Source: an uncultured Planctomycetaceae bacterium
Lineage (GTDB): Bacteria > Planctomycetota > Planctomycetia > Isosphaerales > Isosphaeraceae
Direction: 5' to 3'
DNA: 64,000 bases
Assembly: GCA_963833985.1 (NCBI GenBank)
Contig: CAWIAD010000002.1
Span: 1,120,001-1,184,000, forward strand
Shown here: positions 23,938 through 32,414 of the stretch, piece after piece
Layout: the number at the start of each line of letters is the position of its first letter
How positions within the stretch are numbered: position 1 is the stretch's first letter
The notes under the pieces: model-generated
What the model saw: only the letters and a program-made list of their open reading frames with translations
What the model was told of the DNA's origin: nothing
Databases searched by the model: none
Position numbers and translations under genes: made by a program

Positions 23938-24057
23938 GTAGGGTGGTTCATCGCAGCGCAACCCACCATCTGTGAACCACCTACGTGCAGCACCTCGCAC
24001 CCGCCCCGCGACGAGCACGACGATTTCGTAGGGTGGTTCATCGCAGCGCAACCCACC
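23938..24057 (+). repeat. Tandem pair of identical GTAG-REP elements (GTAGGGTGGTTCATCGCAGCGCAACCCACC)
   Basis: Exact 30-nt copies at 23938-23967 and 24028-24057; GTAG followed by a GGTGG/CCACC hairpin. Confidence 0.85.
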
Positions 24058-24232
24058 GTATATCAACCGCTTGCGTGCGTCGACCTGCACGCCCCCCGCG
24101 GCGTCCGGTTCAAACTCTTCGTTCCCGGCCCGCTTGATCGTGCTCCACCTCCTCGCGACCGCCCGACCCGCCGGCGTTCTCTCCCGAACTCCACCGGATC
24201 GTGCAATACGACCCTGCCCGGCACCTCCCGTC

Positions 24233-24333
24233 GCGAAAATGGGTTCGTTCTCGGTCGTCGCGAAACCCAATTTCACGACGTAAGTCCTTGCGGTGTAAGA
24301 GTTCGATGGATCATGAAAATTGGCTTCGCTCGG
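24233..24333. repeat. ~100-bp dispersed repeat, copy B
   Basis: Direct, diverged copy of 23777-23875. Confidence 0.7.
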
Positions 24334-24580
24334 TGTATTTCGTGCGGCTCCGAGCATGGCCATCGGTTCCGGCCGCGGCTCAAGCTGCGGGCATCCTTCT
24401 AGATCCTGTGCGGTTCAAGCCGCGTGACGCTGCCCGCGCTGAGAATGCCCCCTATTGACAGCATCCGCTACGCGCGGCCGAACCATCTGCCTTACTTGCG
24501 GATTTTTTCCAGAATCTCCCATTTTCTTGAACTTGAACTCATGCCATCCGCTTCAGCAAGTTGCCCTTGCTCCATGGTTG

Positions 24581-24609
24581 TTGACACTCACCCCCGGGCG
24601 TGTTACTGT
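24581..24609 (+). promoter_or_regulatory. Putative sigma70 promoter TTGACA-N17-TACTGT with extended -10 TG
   Basis: TTGACA at 24581-24586, TG at 24601-24602, TACTGT at 24604-24609. Confidence 0.45.
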
Positions 24610-24795
24610 CCGATCTGGTCTTGCGTACAGGTGAGTTACTGATCGGGGTGCACCGCCACCGGCTGGAGCCTGCCGGGCGCAGCCTCGACCCGCCGCACAT
24701 GCACGCAGCCCAGGACATTTTGCATTGGTTCTTCATGCCACGACCATCGTTGTCGCACCCCCCGCTATTGATGAAGCCGGGCGCGAGGCGTTGCG

Positions 24796-25476
24796 TCAAC
24801 GGCCGTACAGCGAGCGGAGAGTACGGGCCTGAATGCGCTGCCTGTCGCTTTCTCTGCTTTCTCTTCCTTTCGTGTCCGTGCTGGTGAACAAACCTCTGAC
24901 ATCCTCCAGACGCTCGTGGTTCTCGATGCAGAGGCGACGAATCTCCCCAGCGTTCAGCTTGTGGAAGGGGTTGATGCCGAGGGTGGCCCCCAGCACGATC
25001 TTGAAGAGGTCGCTATCCGTGAAACGGTGCTCATCGACCTCCCGGAGCTGCTGGTAAGCCTGGAGGGCCTGCGGCGGGTTCTCGAGGATCAGGCGTCCGA
25101 TGTTCCGGTCGGTGTTCACCAGCAGGGGCCAGCGCTGGTCGCCGGTTCTCTGGGTGAGGAAGTCCCGCAGGCAGAGGGTCAGCCTCGCCTTCGGCATGCA
25201 GCGGGCTTCCAGGTCGCGAAAGAAGAGGGGGAGCTTCGCCCTGTCTCGGGTTCGGTCCACCAGGATGATCTTGGCGGCGGGGTCGTCTCGCAGGTTCTCG
25301 TACATCTCCCGCAGGGCAAGGTTGCCGCTGCAAAACAGCACGGTGAACCCGTTCTCCTTGGCCCAGCCATCGACCGCCCGTGCCCCGGCACAGATCATTC
25401 GCCGAGGGTCGCCCACGATGATGAGGGGTTCGCCTTTGAGGGGATTGAGCTGGCCGATCACCCAGGACTCGATCAT
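24796..25476 (-). pseudogene. Probable 5' remnant of a PglZ-like (BREX-associated) gene, truncated near 24880
   Basis: N-terminus W...[11 protein letters not shown]...ENGFTVLF...LALREMYE resembles my recollection of BREX PglZ N-termini (LVxDPDxLL...GF...FRxxYE). No phosphatase domain follows and the ORF runs into unrelated-looking sequence. Confidence 0.45.
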
Positions 25477-25491
25477 GCGTTACATCTCAGC

Positions 25492-25892
25492 TCAGGGCGT
25501 GAGCCAATCCTCCAGCCGGAGTCCGCGGATGTTCTGGAAATCTGCGGTGTTGTTCGTGACGAGGGTCAGGTCGTAGACGAGCGCCACGGAGGCGATCAAT
25601 AGGTCAACTGGATTGACATTCGTACCTTGTCGCAGCAGATCTCTCCGCATCTGGCCGAAGATCCGGCGCAATCGTCATCGAAATCAAGCCGGGTCACCTC
25701 GTCACGGAGCAACCCCTCGATCGCCGACAATCGAGCACTCGGGTCTTCCTTCCCGAAGGCCCAGACGTAGAGTTCCGCCAGTGCGATCGATGACAGGTAC
25801 AGACGCCCGGAATACTGAACGAACCGGTGTGCGAGTCCACCGGGTCGTTTCAAGTAGACCGAGACGATGTTCGTATCGAGGAGATAGCTCAC
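25492..25892 (-). CDS. vapC: VapC family PIN-domain toxin; 1-nt deletion at ~25665
   Basis: [10 protein letters not shown]...SIALAELY; shifted frame continues [38 protein letters not shown] start overlaps the antitoxin stop. Confidence 0.85.
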
Positions 25893-26197
25893 TCCGGCAG
25901 CTCCCGCCACCTTGACGCCTTGCGGTCTGCCTGAATCTGGTCGAGAATCCGGTCATCCTTTTCCGTCCATTCATCCGCCAGGACGCCCGCCACCTTCGAG
26001 GGTGCGCCAGGGCTCCAGCCGGGCGGCGGTCCAGGCAGCGTCTTTGGAGTCTTTGGGAGCTGACTCGCTTCCGGTGGATGTTCCAGCGATCCGGAGGGGG
26101 TAACGACCAGCTCGACGGCTTGCCCTTCCCACATCCCAAGATCCTCGCTGATCACGATCGTTTTACCGTGAACAATTCCATGCAGGACTCTTGTCAT
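25889..26197 (-). CDS. Putative antitoxin (AF2212/DUF104-like N-terminus)
   Basis: MTRVLHGIVHGKTIVISEDLGMWEGQAVELVV; acidic C-terminus; AAGGAG RBS; coupled upstream of vapC. Confidence 0.7.
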   Translation of the reverse strand: MTRVLHGIVHGKTIVISEDLGMWEGQAVELVVTPSGSLEHPPEASQLPKTPKTLPGPPPGWSPGAPSKVAGVLADEWTEKDDRILDQIQADRKASRWRELPE

Positions 26198-26233
26198 TGC
26201 GATGCTCCTTTGCGTTCCCGGGTGAATCTCTTC

Positions 26234-27710
26234 CTGTACTTTCCGCGATTTCGCTCCCTAACTTCGTGAGCTGATTCGGGTAGACGAATGCCGGTCCGGC
26301 CGGGACGATGTCGGTTAGCTGACCAAAACATCAACCCGGACGGAGCCGGCCATGACATCTTCGCACCAGGATGTGCCTGCATGCCAGTGGTTCTCGCGCC
26401 TCGCCGAATTCCTCGACCGCAGATCGGCTCCCAGACTGGCCTGGCTGTTCCTCGGGGCGGTCCTGGCCCGCGGGCGGAGGACCGTCATCAGCTGGATCCG
26501 AGCCGCTGGCCTGAGCAGCCAGTTTCGACCCTGCTACACGACGGTCGCGGCTGCCGGCAAGCAGGCCAAGAACATCGCCGCCCGCCTGGTCTGCGAGGTC
26601 GTCAAGCCCTTGGTTGCCAACCAGACGCGGCTCACCTTGGCGATCGACGACACGCCCACAGAGCGTTACGGGCCGCTGGTCCAGGGAGCTGGCATCCATC
26701 ACAACCCGACTGCTGGCCCGGCGGGTTCACCACATGTTTACGGCCACATCTGGGTGGTGATCGGGCTCCTGGCCGCCCATCCCGCGTGGGGAGTCATCGC
26801 GCTGCCGCTGTGGGCGCGGATGTATGTTCGAGTGAAGGATCTGCCCGCGATCTACCCGCAGCATCGGCCGGAGTTCCAGACCAAGCTGGAGATGGCTGTC
26901 GAGCTACTACAATGGGCTCGCTCCTGGTTCAAATACCTGGGCAAGCCGCTGTGGGTCGTGGTCGACGGGGCGTACGCCAAGGCCCCGTTTCTGAAGCCGG
27001 CGATGTCGCTGGGGATGACAGTTGTCAGCCGCTTGCGCAAGGACGCGGCGCTCTACACGGTGCCGGGACCCCGCGTGGCCGGGCGTCGCGGCAGGCCGAG
27101 GAGCTACGGGGAGAACCGGATCGAGTTGGCCAAGCGAGCCGGGCAGCGTCGCGGCTGGACGAGCGAGGTCTTCAAGCTCTACGGCAAGCCGGCGAAGAAG
27201 CTGTACAAGACGTTCGTGGCGACCTGGCGGCCTGTCAGTGGCACGATCCGTGTCGTGCTGGTGGACGAGCCGGGGGGCTGGGTGGCCTTCTTCTGCACCG
27301 ACCCGAATGCATCGGTGGGCGAGATCTTGGAGGCCGTCGCCGACCGGTTTTCGCTGGAGACCACGTTTCGCGATTGCAAGGAGGTCGTGGGGGCTGGCCA
27401 GCAGCAGGTGCGGTTCGTGTGGGCAAACATCGGTGCATTTCACATCTGCCTGTGGACGTTCACGATGACCGAAGCGTGGGCCTGGAACCGTCAGGAAGAC
27501 GAGTTGGTGGACCGGAAGGCATCACCGTGGGACGATCCGAATCGCCGCCCGAGCCATGCCGACAAGCGTCGGGCCTGGCGTCGCGAATTGCTGGCCGCAG
27601 AGATTCGCGGCGTTTTACGCCCTGGGGTCACCGAGGAAGAATTCCAGGCCGTGACCGAGCGGCTGCTCGCCCTGGCGGCATGAAGCTACAGTCATTCGCG
27701 GAAAATGCAG
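26234..27710 (+). mobile_element. IS701-family insertion sequence
   Basis: Terminal inverted repeats CTGTACTTTCCGCGA (26234) and revcomp CTGCATTTTCCGCGA (ending 27710), 13/15 identical, enclose a single transposase; no target duplication visible. Confidence 0.8.
26352..27683 (+). CDS. IS701-family DDE transposase
   Basis: LAIDDT, VVVDGAYA, SRLRKDAALY, RFSLETTFRDCKEVVG (RxxIExxFxDxK) motifs. Confidence 0.9.
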   Translation: MTSSHQDVPACQWFSRLAEFLDRRSAPRLAWLFLGAVLARGRRTVISWIRAAGLSSQFRPCYTTVAAAGKQAKNIAARLVCEVVKPLVANQTRLTLAIDDTPTERYGPLVQGAGIHHNPTAGPAGSPHVYGHIWVVIGLLAAHPAWGVIALPLWARMYVRVKDLPAIYPQHRPEFQTKLEMAVELLQWARSWFKYLGKPLWVVVDGAYAKAPFLKPAMSLGMTVVSRLRKDAALYTVPGPRVAGRRGRPRSYGENRIELAKRAGQRRGWTSEVFKLYGKPAKKLYKTFVATWRPVSGTIRVVLVDEPGGWVAFFCTDPNASVGEILEAVADRFSLETTFRDCKEVVGAGQQQVRFVWANIGAFHICLWTFTMTEAWAWNRQEDELVDRKASPWDDPNRRPSHADKRRAWRRELLAAEIRGVLRPGVTEEEFQAVTERLLALAA

Positions 27711-27959
27711 TAGTCAAGCGAGCCGCGGTTTTTTCTTCTGAGAATTTGCTCCTGCTTACGAGGATTTGGGGGTGTCGTCGATCTTAATCGTAGTTCTGTT
27801 TACGTAGTTTCTTCCTTTCCCCTCTTGTCGAGCCCGAGTTGAGCTCCAGTGGTCTACTCGATCGCCGCCTTCCGCGGCTGAGGATTCAGGACCTGTGTGA
27901 TGCTCCTGGTTAAACGGGAAGTCATCAATTTCATGTGTGTGCACTTGATGGTCCGATGA

Positions 27960-28160
27960 GTTTCGCCGCCGGTTGTCCCATTCTTCTATCCGAGCGTTGG
28001 CCCAAAGGCCTAGCCCCAATGGGTGCTTCGAGACGGTTGAAGAGGACGACCCCATCTACAAACGAGCATCAAGCCCAAGGGTGGGGCGAATCGCCCTCTT
28101 CAGCCCGGGACGCAACGGTGATTCTCAATAACCAACATGCCTCGCTTTGTGAATCAATGT
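27960..28160 (-). ncRNA. Putative IS110 bridge/seek RNA (target-binding loop 28038-28102, candidate donor-binding loop 27975-28034)
   Basis: 15-bp stem TGAAGAGGGCGATTC/GGGTCGTCCTCTTCA encloses loop strands GCCCCACCCT and TTTGTAGATG plus an inner hairpin; a second similar stem-loop-stem follows. RNA ends are approximate. Confidence 0.7.
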
Positions 28161-28162
28161 GT

Positions 28163-29186
28163 TCAGGCCGCTTGTTTCAGTTTGATCGGTCCTCCTGCGA
28201 CTTGGTGGAACAGCCAACGGACCCAACGGTTCCCGACCGCGGCGGCAACGACACAGGCGGGCTTGCCGGCCTGTCTCATCGTCGTGGCCAACGCCTTCCA
28301 GCGCGGGTTGTAGCGGATCAGTCGGTGGGCGGTCTCGATGATCGTGGCGCAAGTACTCGTTGCCCGCCTTGATCAGCCCAGCGTCGGCCTGACGTTGGCC
28401 GCTGGAGGCATTGCGCGGCGACAAGCCGCAGTATCGTGCCATCTGCTTGCCGGTGCTGAACCGATCGAAACGACCGATCTCTGCCCGCAAGCACCAGTCC
28501 GTCACCAAGCCGACTCCGGCGAGCAAGATCAGTTGGCTGACGACCGGGTCCTCGGAAGTCACCTGAGCCAAACGTACTTCGACATTGAAGATCGCGTCGG
28601 CGACGTCGCGGAGTTCTTCGATCAACCGATTGGCGACCCATCGGGCTTCGCTGCCGAGCCCTTCGGCGGTCGCCAACCACGTCAGCCAGGTCCGTCCCCA
28701 GCGCCGGGCCTTGGGTTCGACGACACGGTTGTCGCGGAGCAACGCGGTCACGCGAAGCTTGGTGTTGCGACGCCGGTTGGCGAGCTGCTGGCGATAACGG
28801 GTCAGGGTGCGGAGCTGGCGGACGTCCGCGGGTGCCAGCCAGACCCTGGGCAAATAGCCGACGCGGACCAGATCGGCGATCACACGGGCATCGACCCAGT
28901 CGGTCTTGTCGGGAGTCTGCTTCATCCGCGCGACATAGCCGGGGTGCGCGAGGTTGATGATCCAGCCATGCTTCGTGGCCAGTTCGTCGGCGAGGTTTGC
29001 GGCGCCAGAGCAGGCCTCAATGGCTGCCCGGACATCACCGCCGAAAGGTGCGACCAGCTTGACCAGGGCCTCAGCCTGATTCTGACAGGGCCGGTTCGCG
29101 AGCATCTTGCCAGAGGAGTCCATGACGCACACTTGAATGGAATCCTTGTGGTAGTCGAGGCCAATGTAAGCAGTTACCTTGGACAT
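28163..29186 (-). CDS. IS110-family DEDD recombinase/transposase; frameshift at ~28348
   Basis: IGLDYHKD, AIEAC, KTDWVDA (DEDD); C-terminal GVG...EIGRFDRF...YCGLSPRNASSG (catalytic Ser); shifted frame gives TIIETAHRLIRY...KQAA-stop at 28163. Confidence 0.92.
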
Positions 29187-29338
29187 GGTCTGTTGCTCCG
29201 CTCTGAGGGATGGGGTTCGACTCCTCCAGGGTAAACCCCGCGATCGTGTCGCGGCAGGAGCAACAGGCTTTCATCCCCATCTACAAGAGTGGAGACGACC
29301 GGGTGCGAGGGGTTTCGGGAATTACCGCGCGAGGTGGT

Positions 29339-29410
29339 CCGGTGGGTTGCGCTGCGCTGACCACCCTACAAGAGTGCCCACTGCCGACTGCCCACTGCCG
29401 ACTGCCTACT
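29339..29410 (-). repeat. GTAG-REP element followed by ACTGCC[C/G] heptamer repeats
   Basis: CCGGTGGGTTGCGCTGCGCTGACCACCCTACAAGAGTG is the near-exact reverse complement of the 23938 REP; followed by CCCACTGCCGACTGCCCACTGCCGACTGCCTACT. Confidence 0.8.
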
Positions 29411-29537
29411 CCCCACGGAAAACCATGGAGGCCAGGGGCTGCTGGAACGATATCATGGACGGCAGTCCGATGGCTCGTCGGGCGGCGGGCGACCGCAGGA
29501 GAGAAGGGACTCGTGAAATGGACAAACGAGGAGCTGA

Positions 29538-29773
<236 letters not shown>

Positions 29774-29774
<1 letters not shown>

Positions 29775-30148
29775 TGCGTTTCAAGGTCGACGAGAACCTG
29801 CACCCGGACGCCGCCGATCTCCTGCGGGCAGCCGGTCACGACGCCATGACCGTCTTCGACCAGGGGCTTCGTGGCCACCCGGACGAGGACATCGCCACCG
29901 TCTGCCAGCGTGAGCAGCGGGCCATCGTGACCCTCGACCTGGATTTCAGCAACATCCGCCAGTACCCGCCCGAGGACTACCCCGGCATCATCGTCCTTCG
30001 GTTGGAGAACAAGGGCCGCCCGTCCGTGGTGATCGCCCTCACGCAGATTGTCCCTTTGCTCGCCACGGAGCCGCTGGCCGGACACCTGTGGATCGTCGAG
30101 GAGCAGCGGGTGCGAATTCGTCAGGGCAGAACCAGCGGCTTGCCGTGA
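29774..30148 (+). CDS. DUF5615 family PIN-like toxin
   Basis: MRFKVDENL...DEDI...IVTLDLDF...GIIVLR; TGATG overlap with the DUF433 gene. Confidence 0.9.
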
Positions 30149-30446
30149 ACTGGGCAAAGAGATGATGGCGGCGTCACCGAACACCGGCTCCAGCCGAACG
30201 CCAGGCCGGCCGGGGACCCTTCGCCCGTGGTCCGGTCAAACTCCGATCGGCACTGAGGATCGCTCGCCGCGGACCTGACAACGCCAGCGGAGAGGTTCGC
30301 TCTCGAATACGGATCTTCTCTCCAGCCGCCGGTCCAATGGCTCGTCGATCGGCCAGCGACCACGAGTCAAGGGGCTTGCCACTTCTCCAGCCATCTGAAC
30401 AATCAGAGGAGAGGGCTCGGAGACCCGGAAGAAACAGGAGACCGCC

Positions 30447-30677
30447 ATGATTACCGTGACGATCCAGGAGGCCCAGACCGGGCTGCCGGAGTTGATCCGC
30501 CGTCTGACGCCAGGGGAGGAGGTCATCATCACGGACGACGACAAGCCGGTGGCCAGGCTGTCTCGCAGCGAGCCGAAGACCACGTGGCCGTGCAAGGCGG
30601 GTAGCGCCAGGGGCAAGGTCTGGATGGCTCCGGATTTTGACGCCCCGCTCGAAGAGTTCAGGGAATACATGGAGTGA
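30447..30677 (+). CDS. Type II antitoxin (Phd/YefM-like N-terminus + DUF2281-like C-terminus)
   Basis: VTIQEAQTGLPELI...GEEVIIT...KPVARL...GSARGKVWMAPDFDAPLEEFREYM; AGGAG RBS. Confidence 0.88.
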   Translation: MITVTIQEAQTGLPELIRRLTPGEEVIITDDDKPVARLSRSEPKTTWPCKAGSARGKVWMAPDFDAPLEEFREYME

Positions 30678-31060
30678 ACCTGCTTTTGGACACCCACACT
30701 CTGCTCTGGTTCCTCAACGACGACCCCAGCCTGAGCGTCGCCGCAAAGGCCCTGATCGAGGACCCGGTGAACCGCAAGCTCATCAGCGTTGCGAGCTGCT
30801 GGGAGATCGCCATCAAGGTCGGCCTCAAGAAGCTCGACCTCGGTGAACCCACCACGACGTTCCTGCCCCGGGAACTGGCGACGAACGGCTTCGATCTGCT
30901 CGGGATCGATCTGATCCATGCGACTTCTGTCGAGTCGCTGCCTCCGCACCACAAGGACCCTTTCGACCGGCTGATCATCGCACAGTCGATGATCGAGAAC
31001 CTGCCGGTGGTCAGCATGGACGCCCAGCTCGATGCCTACGGGATCACCAGGCTTTGGTAG
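30674..31060 (+). CDS. vapC: VapC family PIN-domain toxin
   Basis: LLLDTHTLLW, SVASCWEIAIK, HHKDPFDRLIIAQ; 4-bp overlap with the antitoxin. Confidence 0.92.
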   Translation: MNLLLDTHTLLWFLNDDPSLSVAAKALIEDPVNRKLISVASCWEIAIKVGLKKLDLGEPTTTFLPRELATNGFDLLGIDLIHATSVESLPPHHKDPFDRLIIAQSMIENLPVVSMDAQLDAYGITRLW

Positions 31061-31234
31061 GAGCTGCGATGAGCGCTGGGACCATGGCGAGCACCAGCGT
31101 CATCACAGCCCCCGGATCGACGATCGCCCGCCACGACGGCTCCTCCCTCCCGTTTCGCCGCGAGCTCGGCCGTCTGCTGATCCGGCGGACGCGAGACGTT
31201 GCGGCATCGCCGCAGGGAGACAAGCCGAGGCGGT

Positions 31235-31397
31235 CCGGTGGGCCAGCGCTGCGCTCGACCCACCCTACAAGAGTGCCTACCGCCTACTATTGACAGGCAA
31301 GAATGCCTGTCCTCCGCTTCCATTGACAGGCAAGAATGCCTGTCCTCCCTTCTTCACTGCCTACTGCTTGCTGCCTGCTGCCTGCTGCCTGCTGCCC
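31235..31397. repeat. Repeat mosaic: GTAG-REP (31235-31276), two copies of palindromic ATTGACAGGCAAGAATGCCTGTCCTCC (31289-31315, 31322-31348) and CTGCCT[G/A] heptamers
   Basis: Read directly from the sequence; GACAGGCA-AGAA-TGCCTGTC is a perfect 8-bp hairpin. Confidence 0.85.
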
Positions 31398-31485
31398 GTT
31401 GACAACCAGGGGGTGGATCGGCATTTTGAAGCGGCGGGAGACGGAACGACTGCGGAGTGGACGGCGACGGGAGGAGCACCTTCTC

Positions 31486-32328
31486 ATGCTGCGACATACA
31501 TTCATTCATCTGCCGGGCGTGGGGCCGCAGCGCGAGCGGTCGTACTGGGAGCAGGGGATCCTCGACTGGGACCAGTTCCTGGAGAGCGCGGGGAGTGGTC
31601 GCGTGAAGGGCCGCGCTGCGCATCAGGCAGCGGAGCTGGTGCGGCACTCGCAGGCCGCCGTGGCGCGGGGAGACGCGGCGTTCTTCAAGCCTTATCTGCC
31701 GGCCAGGGAGGCGTGGCGGCTTTATTCCGAGTTCGCCGAGGGCGCGGTCTTCCTGGATATCGAGACCACGGGGCTTGCCGGAGATTACGACGATGTCACG
31801 GTGATCGGCGCGCTGGGGAACGGGGCGCTCGCGCTCTTCGTCAAGGGGATCAACCTCGAACAGTTTCCGGACTACATCGCCCGGTTCCCACTGATCATCA
31901 GCTATAACGGCATCCAGTTCGACGTCCCGTTCCTGCGGGCACATTTTCCCAAGGCCCGGCTGGACCAGCCGCACATCGACCTGCGTTTCGTGCTTGCCTC
32001 GCTGGGCTACAAGGGCGGGCTCAAGGCGGTGGAGAGCCGGCTGGGGCTGAAGCGCGATGCGTCCATCCAGGGCGTGGACGGGTTTGAAGCGGTCCGGCTC
32101 TGGCACCGCTACCGCCGTGGAGACGTGCGCGCGCTCGAGACGCTCATCCTCTACAACCTGACGGACGTGGCGAACCTGGTGGAGCTGGCCGAGATCGGCG
32201 TTCGGCTGAAGTGCCAGGGCCTGGCGTTTCCGGGAGAGCTTGCAGCGCCTTGCCGATGCACCTCGCCGCAGCCGGACCCGGCCGGGCTCAGCGGCTGGAT
32301 CGAGCAGTTCCTCGCCGTGCCGGTGTGA
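31486..32328 (+). CDS. RNase H-like (YprB/RNase_H_2) exonuclease domain protein
   Basis: FLDIETTGL, SYNGIQFDVPFL, HIDLR, GGLKAVE, YNLTDV; N-terminal HhH-like LPGVGP; GGAGGAG RBS. Confidence 0.85.
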   Translation: MLRHTFIHLPGVGPQRERSYWEQGILDWDQFLESAGSGRVKGRAAHQAAELVRHSQAAVARGDAAFFKPYLPAREAWRLYSEFAEGAVFLDIETTGLAGDYDDVTVIGALGNGALALFVKGINLEQFPDYIARFPLIISYNGIQFDVPFLRAHFPKARLDQPHIDLRFVLASLGYKGGLKAVESRLGLKRDASIQGVDGFEAVRLWHRYRRGDVRALETLILYNLTDVANLVELAEIGVRLKCQGLAFPGELAAPCRCTSPQPDPAGLSGWIEQFLAVPV

Positions 32329-32414
32329 GCGGAGGCCACGCAGCGCTGGCGAAGCGCCACGGCCGCGGACTACAGTAGGATCATCGTATCCGTTCCTGAA
32401 TGCGGAGCCATGCG

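Larger units (their letters stand above)
27711..29282 (-). mobile_element. IS110-family element (IS1111-like layout, non-coding region downstream of the recombinase); downstream end apparently truncated by IS701
   Basis: Upstream junction CCCCAT-CT-ACAAGAGTG at 29275-29291, where the right part is a REP tail. Long downstream non-coding region ends in a minus-strand TTGACT at the IS701 boundary. The boundary at 27711 is inferred. Confidence 0.7.

Noticed and set aside
27756..28055. 99-aa minus-strand ORF downstream of the IS110 recombinase
   Set aside because: No motifs, atypical composition, and it overlaps the structured RNA region.
28050..29286. 12-bp direct repeat CCCCATCTACAA (28050-28061 and 29275-29286) as a target-site duplication delimiting the IS110
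   Set aside because: IS110 elements do not make long duplications. The inner copy lies within the RNA stem-loop (right guide plus stem), and structured sequence continues beyond it.
30176..30301. attC-like site after the DUF5615 gene (ACCGAAC-N5-CTCCAGC ... GCGGAG-AG-GTTCGCT)
   Set aside because: The left half looks right, but the right spacer is only 2 nt, the inner arms do not pair, and there is no integrase or second site in the window.
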